Positions 15,691-28,594 of a stretch of DNA of 64,000 bases are shown here, in pieces; position 1 is the stretch's first letter; every line of letters starts with the position of its first letter. This DNA comes from Eledone cirrhosa. Taxonomy: Eukaryota. The position numbers and the translations under genes were made by a program. Location of the stretch: assembly GCA_964016885.1 (NCBI GenBank), contig OZ024760.1, forward strand, positions 17,732,001-17,796,000, given 5' to 3'. A model generated the notes under the pieces. It was not told where the DNA came from. It saw only the letters and a list, made by a program, of their open reading frames with translations, and made no database searches.

Positions 15691-16519
15691 TTAACATTGT
15701 TCTCCTTGCCCCTAAAGCCATCTCTGGTTATGGGAAAGAAAACCCCCCCATTTTAAAGAATTCCTATTTAAATTTTATTTCAAATGGTAGAATTCCTGCG
15801 ATAATTAATTTTCATTATTTGGCAGTATCGGTAGAGGTTCGGACGCCATGCTTTGACGCATAGAGTTACGGCCCTTGCCATTCTGAGTTCAAATCCCGCC
15901 GAGGTTAACTTTGCCATTCATCCTTACGGGGTCGATAAAATAAAGTACCAGTAATGTACTGGGTAATTTTCTGGCCTTGTGCCAATAGTAGAAACAATTA
16001 TACTGACAAAAAAAAAAGAAGGACAATACTAGAAATCCCATACGTTATAAAATACAAAGGATAGGTTGGGGTCTCAATATGTAAACTAAACGACTAATTC
16101 TGGTTTAAAAAAAAAAAAAATCAATGAAGACGACCTAGAAAAAATTACAGATTTTCCACCCCACCCTCGCTTATTCCACCCCCTATTATTTGGGATCCAT
16201 TTGTCTGTCTGTCGGGGTCAAACCATGTTAATTGGGTATAGGTAAAAATGAAGTTTACAACCACTTATTTTATGGCCTCCCTAAAACAACAACACAAAAA
16301 AGAACAAGAACGAAACGAAAAAAAAATAGTTAAAAAAATAAAGAACGAAAGAAAAAGAATAAGAGAGAAAGACAGAGAGAGATAGAGGGAGTGAGAGAGA
16401 GGGAGAGAGAGAAGGTAAGAGAGAGAAGGTAAGAGAGAGAAGGTAAGAGAGAGAAGGTAAGAGAGAGAAAGAGAGAGAAGGAGTGAGATAGTGAGAGAAA
16501 GAAAGAGAAAGAAAGAGAG

Positions 16520-16564
<45 letters not shown>

Positions 16565-16757
16565 GAGAAGGAGTGAGAGAGAATCAGATACGGAAGGTGT
16601 AAATAAGAGGAACCAATGAAGATTTATGACAAAAGAGCTGAGAGTAACTTTCTCGAATGGCAGCTGTCTTTGATGTAGATAAACTATTTAACTGTATTAC
16701 TGTATTAGGTTCTTTTTGGTAAGGAGGATTAGGCGGGCGTTGTCTACAAGAACTTAC

Positions 16758-17092
16758 TAGTGGTGGTGGTGGTGGTGGTGGTTGTGGTTGTGGTGTTGGT
16801 GGTTGTAGTAGTGTTGGTAGTAGTGGTGGTGGTGTGATAGTAGTGGTTTTGGTGGTAGTGGTTGTGGTGTTGGTGGTGGTAATAGTGGTAATAGTGGTGG
16901 TGGTGGTAGTAGTAGTAATAGTAGTAGTAATGGCGCTTGTGGTAGTAGTGGTGGTAGTAGTAGTACTAGTAGTAGTAGCAATGGTGCTGGTGGTAGTAAT
17001 AAAAGTAGTAGTACTAGCAGTAGTAGTAGTGGTGGTGGTAGCAGCAATAGTAGCAGTAGTAACAACAGTGGTAGTAATAATAGTAATAGTAA
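16758..17092. repeat. (GTG/GTA)n trinucleotide region
   Basis: Direct reading; similar (CAC/CAT)n tract at 54035-54348. Confidence 0.9.
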
Positions 17093-17567
17093 GAGGATGA
17101 TGAGCGGGAACACGTATTACAGTTTGAAATGACTTTTTATTTTATTTTAGCAGATTAACGCATTCTGTCACTCTAGACTCAGTCACTCTCTATTCATTCT
17201 CTCGTTCTACTACTACTACTCTCTCTTTCCCCATTGCTCCTTCTCCTTTCTCTCCCTTTATAGCCCTTCCTTTCCTCACTACTCATTTACCTATAATTTA
17301 TTCTTCATGAACATATATATATATATGTATGTGTGTGTATGTATGTATTAAATATCGGATGCTTAAATCTATTTAGCAGATTAAAAGAAGACCTTAGTTA
17401 ACCAAATCAAAAGGATTAAAGCTAGGCATTAAATTATCCATGTCCGACACAGTTATGTTTCTGATATAACTCTACTGGCAAAGCCAAATTTGCATCTTCG
17501 TCAGAAGCAGGCTGCAGACCAACTGTCGGACTGAATATAGTCCATACTGGCCCTCAGGGAAGAGGGT

Positions 17568-17762
17568 GCAGTTATGAGGTGAAGGAGCAGTCACTCTGCT
17601 ACTCAATTGGACACACTGGAAGAGGAAGACTAAGGTTAACGTATGTTGATGCCCTAAGGACAGACACTGGTCTGTTGGAGACGCAGGACGTGGCAGCGAT
17701 AATGAGGGACAGAGACCGCTGGAGAGAACTCGTCCATGGATCTCGGGAACTTTACCCGCCCT
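17568..17762 (+). mobile_element. RTE-like LINE 3' end (other copies on - at 37110-37255 and 57490-57640)
   Basis: GRGRLRLTYVDALRTDTGL...MRDRDRWRELV; three homologous copies. Confidence 0.75.
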
Positions 17763-18324
17763 ATATATATATATATATAAAATTACAAAATATGAAGAAA
17801 TAATAGACAAAAATATACCTATTTTTTCTTCAAAGTCCTGACTGCAGTTTCGCCGATCCATGTGCAACGTTTCATACACCATCGCTGTGAGGTTGACACG
17901 GCTTATCAAGAAACCCCTCAGAAAAAAGGACTATTTCTTGGCGCGTTTGTAGCAAGTGAGAATATCTCGAGAGGCGGAGGGAGGAATTAGCACTTGATAC
18001 AGTAGTCACAGATGGATAGTAAGGTGGACAGTGAGCGAATAACATATTTGCTAGAAAAAGCAGTCAGTGCGCTCCTCGATTAACTCGACCATTTATGTAA
18101 ATTCAGGGTCACCCATAAAAGTTATGGACGCGATAAAATATAGTAATTCACTGAATCACAAACACGATAGATTGGCCATATCAGTAGAGTGCCGAACAAC
18201 ATACTTTATGGCATAGAGTTACGCCCCTTTACGATCTGAGTTCAAATCCTGCCGAGGTTAGCTTTGCCTTTCATCCTTACGGATGATATTTGGTATTGCT
18301 TCTCTCAATACAGTAATATATCTT

Positions 18325-18700
18325 AGTATATAATATATTGCAAGACACCAGGGTATATAATATACAGTAAGATACCAGAGTATATAATATATTGCAAGAC
18401 ACCAGGGTATATAATATACAGTAAGACACCAGAGTATATAATATATAGTAAGACACCAGAGTATATAATATATAGTAAGACACCAGGGTATATAATATAC
18501 AGTAAGACACCAGGGTATATAATATACAGTAAGACACCAGAGTATATAATATATAGTAAGACACCAGGGTATATAATATACAGTATGACACCAGGGTATA
18601 TCATATACAGTAAGATACCAGGGTATATAATATATTGCAAGACACCAGAGTATATAGTATACAGTAAGATATCAGTGTATATTATATACAGTAACATATC
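18325..18700. repeat. 27-bp minisatellite (~13 copies)
   Basis: Unit TATATAATATACAGTAAGACACCAG(G/A)G. Confidence 0.95.
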
Positions 18701-18895
18701 GGAGTATTCAGGGTAGATTCCAGGCAGTAAAGGACAAGGTTGGCCCATTGAATTACTGGTACGATTCCTTTTTACCAACTGAATGGACACAGTGTGATGT
18801 TGAATGCTCTAACTATCAAGTCAATGGCCTTCATATACATACCAAACATACATACATACACACATATACATACATAAGATACATACATATATACT

Positions 18896-18961
<66 letters not shown>

Positions 18962-19055
18962 ATAGATATCACTTACACCAACATCAATAATCCTATCCCT
19001 GTTGAGCTTCGGATCCAATTAAAAGCTTTGATCTGGTTGTTAACATTCTCATCGT

Positions 19056-19121
<66 letters not shown>

Positions 19122-19343
19122 GCGGTGCTGTGACCGGGAAGACCACTAATCGTGGGAGTACTCAATGCATAGGGGGCCTCAGAGTGGGTGTATGTATGTA
19201 TGTATGTATGTATGTATGTATGTATGTATGTATGTATATAAAGAAAGTAAGGTAAGATACCAGGTGGACCATAATGCACCAGAGTACTCGATCTACCTGT
19301 CGAAACGGCCGGAGCTCTACCGTCGGGGTCCTGACTCTTTTCC

Positions 19344-19377
<34 letters not shown>

Positions 19378-19392
19378 TATGTAGATAGCAAG

Positions 19393-19438
<46 letters not shown>

Positions 19439-19569
19439 ATATATATATGTAGATAGCAAGTTATATATATATATATATATAGGTAGCGAGTTTGCTTGTT
19501 GAGTCAAACAACGCCGTACGTTAAAACTATCCATAGTAACTGGATTACCTAAAACGATGACTTGTTATC

Positions 19570-19640
<71 letters not shown>

Positions 19641-19740
19641 GACGGAATTAGCATGGGTTTCACTGCTAGTACCGGTTGCATCTCAACCTACTTAATAGGT
19701 AATGTTAAGTAAACATTCGGAGTAGACACATAGTTATTCG

Positions 19741-19805
<65 letters not shown>

Positions 19806-21068
19806 AAAGAATGAAGTACACACAACCTCTAGTTGGATTACCTTAAACGATACCTTGTTATCCTATATATATAATGGTTTTAGGTTCAAATGTGCTGCGT
19901 AGCACCTTAGGCAAATGCCTTCTATTATGTAGCATCTCATCAGGAGGTTAGACATAATGCTTCAATGAATGCTCGGTTTGAGAAAGTTCCGCAATATCAG
20001 CAGGTATTGCGTAAGTTCAGTTGACAAGCAAACTGAAGTGTGGAAACAATTGTAGAAGGTTATGCAATAAAATACAAATTTCACCGTCCATTGTCTTCGT
20101 TGATAAATAAGCTCTATATTTGGATTACAAAAATCACTCGGACCAAACCCACGGATCTATAACTAGGATAAATGGATAAGAAATTTTCATTTGGACATTT
20201 TTACCATCACCTCCATATATCTCCGGAAGTACCATCTAATTCATTGAGGGCTGAAGTAAATTAGGGAGGCGTGAACCTTATTTATTTACACGAAAACTTA
20301 CCAACTTCCCAGCTTTGTATGTATCCTTGTCAGTGTTTAAATTTGTGTCTGTGTGTCTAGTTATGTTAGGTAACTTAACGGTTCGACCAAATATATATAT
20401 ATACATATTGTTTCCGAAGGAAAGGTAAAGGAAAGGAGAGTGCTCTTTGTAGGTTACAGAGCTATTTAGTTATCTAATAAACAACATAAGACAAGTATTC
20501 CATTTAAGCGTCGTCTGTCTTCGTGAAACCTTTGGTAAATTGAATAATTGTCTTATGTTGTTTATTACATACTATATATATATATATAAAGATCGATAAG
20601 ACTGGGGTCGACATGATAGACTAAATCAAGGAGGTGCTTCAGCATGGCCTTAGTCTAATGACTGAAACCAGAAAAAGTATTCTAATAATGATTTCTACTA
20701 TAGGCACAAGGCCGGCAATTTGGCGAGAGGGGAGAATCGATTAAATCAATCCCAGTGCATTACTGGTACTTTATTTTATCGACCCCGTAAGGATGAACGG
20801 CAAAGCTAACCTATGACGCAAAATAATAGGCACAGTCTATTGGATCAACTATAGGTCGTACCTATCAGTCTATTCAATAGACAGGCACCCCACCCTCTTA
20901 CCTTTACAAATATTATTTCAACGCTTCATTTAAGGAAATCAATATAAAATTAACCTTCATTTTATATTGATTGATTTTTTTGATTTTTTACAAATTGCTC
21001 TCGGTAAACACGTGCACACGAATACACATACATACACTAAGACGCTCTCACAACACACACACACGTGA

Positions 21069-21113
<45 letters not shown>

Positions 21114-21194
21114 TGTGTGTGTGTGAGTGTGTGTATATATACACAAACTCATACACACATATGCATGTGTGTATATATATATGTGTGTGTGTAT

Positions 21195-21239
<45 letters not shown>

Positions 21240-21331
21240 ATATATACAGACAAACTCATACACACATATGCATGTGTGTATATATATATATATATGTGTG
21301 TGTGTGTATTATATATATATGTGTGTGTGTG

Positions 21332-21368
<37 letters not shown>

Positions 21369-21393
21369 AATACATAAACTCATACACACACAC

Positions 21394-21456
<63 letters not shown>

Positions 21457-21619
21457 CACAAACTCATACACATATATAAAGGCATTTGTAGAGCAAGGTG
21501 AATCGTGACGACAAATGTGCGATACATAAGCGATAAATAACTATGGACGAGTCCACATGGACGGTTATGGGAGGGAAACGATAGTGTGTGCGTGTGGTTG
21601 TAATATATATATATATATA

Positions 21620-21651
<32 letters not shown>

Positions 21652-21722
21652 AATTAAGAAAAGGGAAACGTGAAAACAAGGATATGTCTATATATAGATG
21701 TATGTGTGTATGTGTGTGTATG

Positions 21723-21859
<137 letters not shown>

Positions 21860-21905
21860 GCATACTATATATATATATAAACATATATAACGATATTTTG
21901 TTATC

Positions 21906-21958
<53 letters not shown>

Positions 21959-22131
21959 TCTATCTATATATATATATAGAAATATATATAAATAATTGTT
22001 TCTACTTTTTGGCACAAGGCCAGCAATTACCCAGTGCATTACTGGTATAAATAATACATACTTATATATATATATAAATACATACACACACACATATATA
22101 TATACACACACACATATACATATATATACTC

Positions 22132-22171
<40 letters not shown>

Positions 22172-22374
22172 AAAGGGGGGAAGAGGGAGGGCTGTAGGTA
22201 GGGAGATGGTTTGCTGGATAAGATAAGCATATCATCCGTTAATTAAAGGAATATGTCATTGCTAGCTTATTAAGCCGTGTCGTTAGCGGATTTAGCAATC
22301 GTTAATAGTATTCTATGTGCTATAGCCGTCGGCCACTGATTAATCGAACAAAAAACTGAAGCCAGCCAACAGCC

Positions 22375-24603
22375 TCATACTGACCAATTGACCTGTTAGA
22401 AATAGCAGCTAAATCTCCCTCAAATTGCGACCTACAACTGGCCTTCAGTCTCATACTGACTAATTTACCTGTTAGAAATAGCAGCTAAATCTCCCTCTAA
22501 TCACAGCTGGTTCTTGGCGTCATACTGACCAATTGACCTGTTAGAAATAGCAGCTAAATCTCCCTCAAATTGCGACCTACAACTGGCCTTCAGTCTCATA
22601 CTGACTAATTTACCTGTTAGAAATAGCAGCTAAATCTCCCTCTAATCAAAGCTGGTTCTTGGCGTCATACTGACCAATTGACCTGTTAGAAATAGCAGCT
22701 AAATCTCCCTCAAATTGCGACCTACAACTGGCCTTCAGTCTCATACTGACTAATTTACCTGTTAGAAATAGCAGCTAAATCTCCCTCTAATCACAGCTGG
22801 TTCTTGGCGTCATACTGACCAATTGACCTGTTAGAAATAGCAGCTAAATCTCCCTCAAATTGCGACCTACAACTGGCCTTCAGTCTCATACTGACTAATT
22901 TACCTGTTAGAAATAGCAGCTAAATCTCCCTCTAATCAAAGCTGGTTCTTGGCGTCATACTGACCAATTGACCTGTTAGAAATAGCAGCTAAATCTCCCT
23001 CAAATTGCGACCTACAACTGGCCTTCAGTCTCATACTGACTAATTTACCTGTTAGAAATAGCAGCTAAATCTCCCTCTAATCACAGCTGGTTCTTGGCGT
23101 CATACTGACCAATTGACCTGTTAGAAATAGCAGCTAAATCTCCCTCAAATTGCGACCTACAACTGGCCTTCAGTCTCATACTGACTAATTTACCTGTTAG
23201 AAATAGCAGCTAAATCTCCCTCTAATCAAAGCTGGTTCTTGGCGTCATACTGACCAATTGACCTGTTAGAAATAGCAGCTAAATCTCCCTCAAATTGCGA
23301 CCTACAACTGGCCTTCAGTCTCATACTGACTAATTTACCTGTTAGAAATAGCAGCTAAATCTCCCTCTAATCAAAGCTGGTTCTTGGCGTCATACTGACC
23401 AATTGACCTGTTAGAAATAGCAGCTAAATCTCCCTCAAATTGCGACCTACAACTGGCCTTCAGTCTCATACTGACTAATTTACCTGTTAGAAATAGCAGC
23501 TAAATCTCCCTCTAATCACAGCTGGTTCTTGGCGTCATACTAACCAGTTGACCTGTTAGAAATAGCAGCTAAATCTCCCTCTAATCACAGCTGGTTCTTG
23601 GCGTCATACTGACCAGTTGACCTGTTAGAAATAGCAGCTAAATCTCCCTCTAATCACAGCTGGTTCTTGGCGTCATACTAACCAGTTGACCTGTTAGAAA
23701 TAGCAGCTAAATCTCCCTCTAATCACAGCTGGTTCTTGGCGTCATACTGACCAGTTGACCTGTTAGAAATAGCAGCTAAATCTCCCTCTAATCACAGCTG
23801 GTTCTTGGCGTCATACTGACCAGTTGACCTGTTAGAAATAGCAGCTAAATCTCCCTCTAATCACAGCTGGTTCTCGGCGTCATACTGACCAATTGACCTG
23901 TTAGAAATAGCAGCTAAATCTCCCTCTAATCAAAGCTGGTTCTTGGCGTCATACTGACCAATTGACCTGTTAGAAATAGCAGCTAAATCTCCCTCTAATC
24001 ACAGCTGGTTCTTGGCGTCATACTGACCAATTGACCTGTTAGAAATAGCAGCTAAATCTCCCTCTAATCACAGCTGGTTCTTGGCGTCATACTGACCAGT
24101 TGACCTGTTAGAAATAGCAGCTAAATCTCCCTCTAATCACAGCTGGTTCTTAGTCTCATACTGACCAATTGACCTACTAGAAATAGCAGCTATATCTCCC
24201 TCAAATCACAGCTGATCCTTGGCCTCATATTGACCAATTGACCTGTTAGAAACAGCAGCCAAATCTCCCTCAAATTGCGACCTACAATTGGTTGTTGGTC
24301 TCATATTGACCAATTGACCTGTTAGAAATAGCAGCTAAATCTCCCTCAAATCACAACTGGTTCTTGGCCTTATATTGACCAATTAACCTGTTAAAAGTAG
24401 CAGCTAAATCTCACTCAAATTACGACATACAACTGGCATATTGACCAATTGACCTGTTAGAAATAGCAGCTAAACCTCCCTCAAATCACAACTGATCCTC
24501 GGTCTCATACTGACCAGTTGAACTGTTAAAAATAGCAGCTAAATCTCCCTCAAATCACAACTGGTTCTTGGCCTCATACTGACCAATTGACCTGTTAGAA
24601 ATA
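22375..24603. repeat. Higher-order minisatellite: (76+69 bp) x8, then ~9-10 69-bp monomers, then degenerate units
   Basis: Core TCATACTGAC(C/T)AATT(G/T)ACCTGTTAGAAATAGCAGCTAAATCTCCCTC recurs at 22375, 22451, 22520, 22596... (145-bp dimer). Confidence 0.97.
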
Positions 24604-24807
24604 GGAAATAGTGTGAGTGAGAGAGAAAGATAAAGTGCGCGCGCGCGTGTGTGTGTGTGTTGAGTGGGATGGAATACGTGAGCGAGTGTTTGTTTGAGAG
24701 GGAGGACTAGGAACTAGAGAGAAAGATATATATATATATATAGAGAGAGAGAGGTGGTGGTGTGTGTCTACTTTTCATCAAAATATTTTGTACTAAATGA
24801 TTTGGTC

Positions 24808-24870
<63 letters not shown>

Positions 24871-25253
24871 GATAGAGAGGTGGTGGTGGTGTGTCTTAGT
24901 GTGTGATAAGACTGACCTCTTTGAAATTACAGGTGCATCTAATTTTTACCAGATCAACGCAGAAAGCGAACTCACGATCTTAAGACTGTGAGACAAACAC
25001 CTTAAACATTAAATAAGGTTCCTTCATAGAAGAAAAACATTAACAATATTAGCGAGGGAGAATACCGTAGGGGAGGGGAGCTATCTACATACTAAACACA
25101 CGCGTTATCTCCCTTTATAAACGCCATGATTTAACAATAATCTCACACGTGCCGTCATATTGTATCCTTGGTATCAATTTTTCCTTTTCTCCCTTTTTAT
25201 TTCTTCCGTCTTCTACCATCAGATGAAGTTTGTCGCACGAAACTATATACATA

Positions 25254-25286
<33 letters not shown>

Positions 25287-25429
25287 GTATGTGTGTGTGT
25301 GTGTAAAAGGTAAAAAGATATATATATATTTATGTGTGTGTGTGTGTGTGTGTAAAAGGTAAACAAATAACAACACAATCGGTACAGTACATGGAAGGGA
25401 TATATTAGGTTAACGCTTATATATATATT

Positions 25430-25464
<35 letters not shown>

Positions 25465-25470
25465 TCATGC

Positions 25471-25546
<76 letters not shown>

Positions 25547-25894
25547 ATGTATGTGTATATGTGTGTGTCCCTATGTATTTACGTCCCGTGACTTAGCGGT
25601 TCGACAAAAAAGAGATTGAAAAAAATAGACATAGGAGTTGAAAAAACAAAACATGAGCACTGGTATGGATATAACCGGCTTTACCTACCAATCTCTCCCC
25701 CACAACCCCCCCCCCCTTGTACCTAAATCAGAAACCCTTAATGACTCGTGTGAATGGGCCCGCCCTGAGCATGTGGCTGTAGTATGGCAGGAGGAAAACT
25801 GGAAGAGAGCGATTCCCAGCATTTTGTTGAAAGATGGGTGAGAGAAATGGTCATTTATACTGTCCTGTACCGTCCTTAAAGTTACACTTATTAA

Positions 25895-26115
25895 AGGCCG
25901 TGGATTGGCAGTATCGGTAGAGGGTCGGACGCCATGCTTTGCAGTATAGAGTTACGGCCCTTTGTGATCTGAGTTCAAATTCCGCCGAGGTTAACTTTGC
26001 CTTTCATACTAACGGGGGTCGATAAAATAAAGTACCAGTCACGCACCGGGGTCGATTTAATCGACTTTCTCCTCCTCCAAAATTGCTGACCTTGTGCCTA
26101 TGTAAGAAAGAGTTA
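25895..26115 (+). mobile_element. tRNA-derived SINE with Nin-like core (representative; about 20 copies or fragments, e.g. 6886-7105+, 9700-10010-, 12805-12930+, 15818-16000+, 20690-20810-, 30112-30303+, 36795-36925-, 39455-39630-, 39649-39835+, 40843-41058+, 41424-41710+, 47011-47400+, 48050-48430+, 54350-54480-, 57100-57295+)
   Basis: A-box TGGCAGTATCGG, B-box GAGTTCAAATCC, core GCCTTTCATCCTTACGGGGTCGATAAAATAAAGTACCAG, (ATT)n tail. Confidence 0.85.
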
Positions 26116-26398
26116 TTATTATTATTATTATTATTATTAAGCTTGAAATCTGGAAGTCAAGCGACGTTAATGACACCTGCACACTGACTGACCGCAGTTC
26201 TGTCATTGACGGCCTCTTCTGTGTCTGCTGGCGTTGTTGTTGTTGTTCTTATTACATAAGGATGGTGGTGGTGGTGGTGTTGATGGTGGCGTGTATGGTG
26301 GTGTTGGTGTTAGGTGGTGGGGGAGACGAAGAAGAAAACTAAATGTAATTTTAGTCTGTAGCGTTGTACAGAATCACTTAATCCTATCAAGGAATGAC

Positions 26399-26433
<35 letters not shown>

Positions 26434-26576
26434 CTTATTTATCAATCTATCTATCTAATCACCTACCTATACACACACACACGTGTGTGTGTGTATATAT
26501 ATATAACTATATATATATAACTATAACTCTCTCTCTCTCTCTATATATATATATAGTTATATATTATATATATAAT

Positions 26577-26634
<58 letters not shown>

Positions 26635-26681
26635 CTTATTTATCAATCTATCTATCTAATCACCTACCTATACACACACAC

Positions 26682-26725
<44 letters not shown>

Positions 26726-26773
26726 CTCTCTCTCTCTATATATATATATATAGTTATATATTATATATATAAT

Positions 26774-26804
<31 letters not shown>

Positions 26805-26884
26805 GTTATATATTATATATATAGTTATATATTATATATATAGCTATATATTATATATATAGCTATATATTATATATATAGCTA

Positions 26885-26949
<65 letters not shown>

Positions 26950-27323
26950 TATACTCACACATATATATGTATGCCACTGGCAGTTCTACAATAAAAGTGA
27001 AGTGGGGGGAAAGGTTTTTCTTTTTCTCTTTACCATCTGGATGTCATTCTCTCTCTCTGCTTCTCTCTTCTGTCTATCCATCTCTCTCTCTCCCTCCCTC
27101 TGTTGTTTATTCTTTTTTTTCTTCAAATTTTTGTTTGTCAAAATTAGGGTCCGCCCTCAAGGCCGAAGTGTCTTCGGCGCCGGGAAATAGGGTAACCAGA
27201 ATATATCTATGTCTACGTTCTTTGTTGCAATTATCTATAAAAGTCTTTTTTTGTTTCTCATTTCAGGTGAATTCATTGTACTCCTTGAGTAACGCAAACG
27301 TTGTCATCTTAAAACAGGCAAAA

Positions 27324-27508
27324 ATGGTCGAATCAACCACATTAGTTAACCAGACATGGTGGTATAATCCAACCGTGGACATCCATCCTCATTGGGCTAA
27401 GTTTGATCCTATCCCAGATGCTGTCTACTATTCTGTTGGTATCTTCATTGGTGTTGTTGGTATTATTGGAATCGGCGGTAATGGCATTGTCATTTACCTT
27501 TTCTCAAA
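27324..27508 (+). CDS. RHO: Rhodopsin coding exon 1 (exon begins at 27267 with 5' UTR)
   Basis: Acceptor tttcag|G at 27266/27267; AAAATGG start; donor AA|gtaagt at 27509 (phase 2). Confidence 0.97.
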
Positions 27509-28563
27509 GTAAGTATTAACTCCCTTTGAAAAAAAAAACAAAAAAAAAACATCGAAAATTTCCCCTCCCCGCCACGGTTCTATGATGCAAAACTTTGTTT
27601 TAAAGTATATTTATCTATTTATTATTTATCTGGCGCTAGGAGCATAACTTAACAAATGTTATCAAGAGAGAAAGGATATTTTAAAACTACCAGTTTGAGA
27701 GAAAGATTGGACATTTTAAAACTACAAGTTTGAGAGAAAGATTGGACATTTTAAAACTACAAGTTTGAGAGAAAGATTGGACATTTTAAAACTACAAGTT
27801 TGAGAGAAAGATTGGACATTTTAAAACTACAAGTTTGAGAGAAAGATTGGACATTTTAAAACTACAAGTTTGAGAGAAAGATTGGACATTTTAAAACTAC
27901 AAGTTTGAGAGAAAGATTGGACATTTTAAAACTACAAGTTTGAGAGAAAGATTGGACATTTTAAAACTACAAGTTTGAGAGAAAGATTGGACATTTTAAA
28001 ACTACAAGTTTGAGAGAAAGATTGGACATTTTAAAACTACAAGTTTGAGAGAAAGATTGGACATTTTAAAACTACAAGTTTGAGAGAGAAAGATAGGACA
28101 TTTTAAAACTACCAGTTTGCGAGAGAGAGGACATTTTAAAACTACCAGTTTGCGAGAGAGAGGACATTTTAAAACTACCAGTTTGCGAAAGAGAGGACAT
28201 TTTAAAACTACCAGTTTGCGAGAGAGAGGTCATTTTAAAACTACCAGTTTGAGAGAGAGAGAAAGGACATTTTAAAACTACCAGTTTGCGAGAGAGGACA
28301 TATTATAACTACCAGTTTGAAAGGGAGAGAGAGGACATTTTAAAACTGGTCTCTAAAAAAAACTACCAGTTTGCTCTATAATCATCCTTATATTTTAGCT
28401 TTCTTGCGTTTCTCACTCTCTCTCTTGGTTTTGTTTCTTAATTATTCGAGGTATCAAATACCTTTCTCAGTTTGCCATGGCTTACCAGCTCTACACAGAT
28501 GTTTAAACTGATTAAATAAATAAATAACGAAGAATGTTCTTTGGTATATATATAATATATATA

Positions 28564-28594
<31 letters not shown>

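Noticed and set aside
22375-24603. CRISPR-like repeat-spacer look, and resemblance of TTAGAAATAGCAGCTAAAT to the Cas9 sgRNA scaffold (CTAGAAATAGCAAGTTAAAAT)
   Set aside because: The spacers are two recurring sequences rather than unique ones, there are no cas genes, the context is a eukaryotic intron, and the scaffold match is short with the rest of the scaffold absent.
26967-27323. 119-aa in-frame N-terminal extension of rhodopsin in the ORF track
   Set aside because: It runs through a polypyrimidine tract and the acceptor at 27266; octopus rhodopsin starts at MVESTT.
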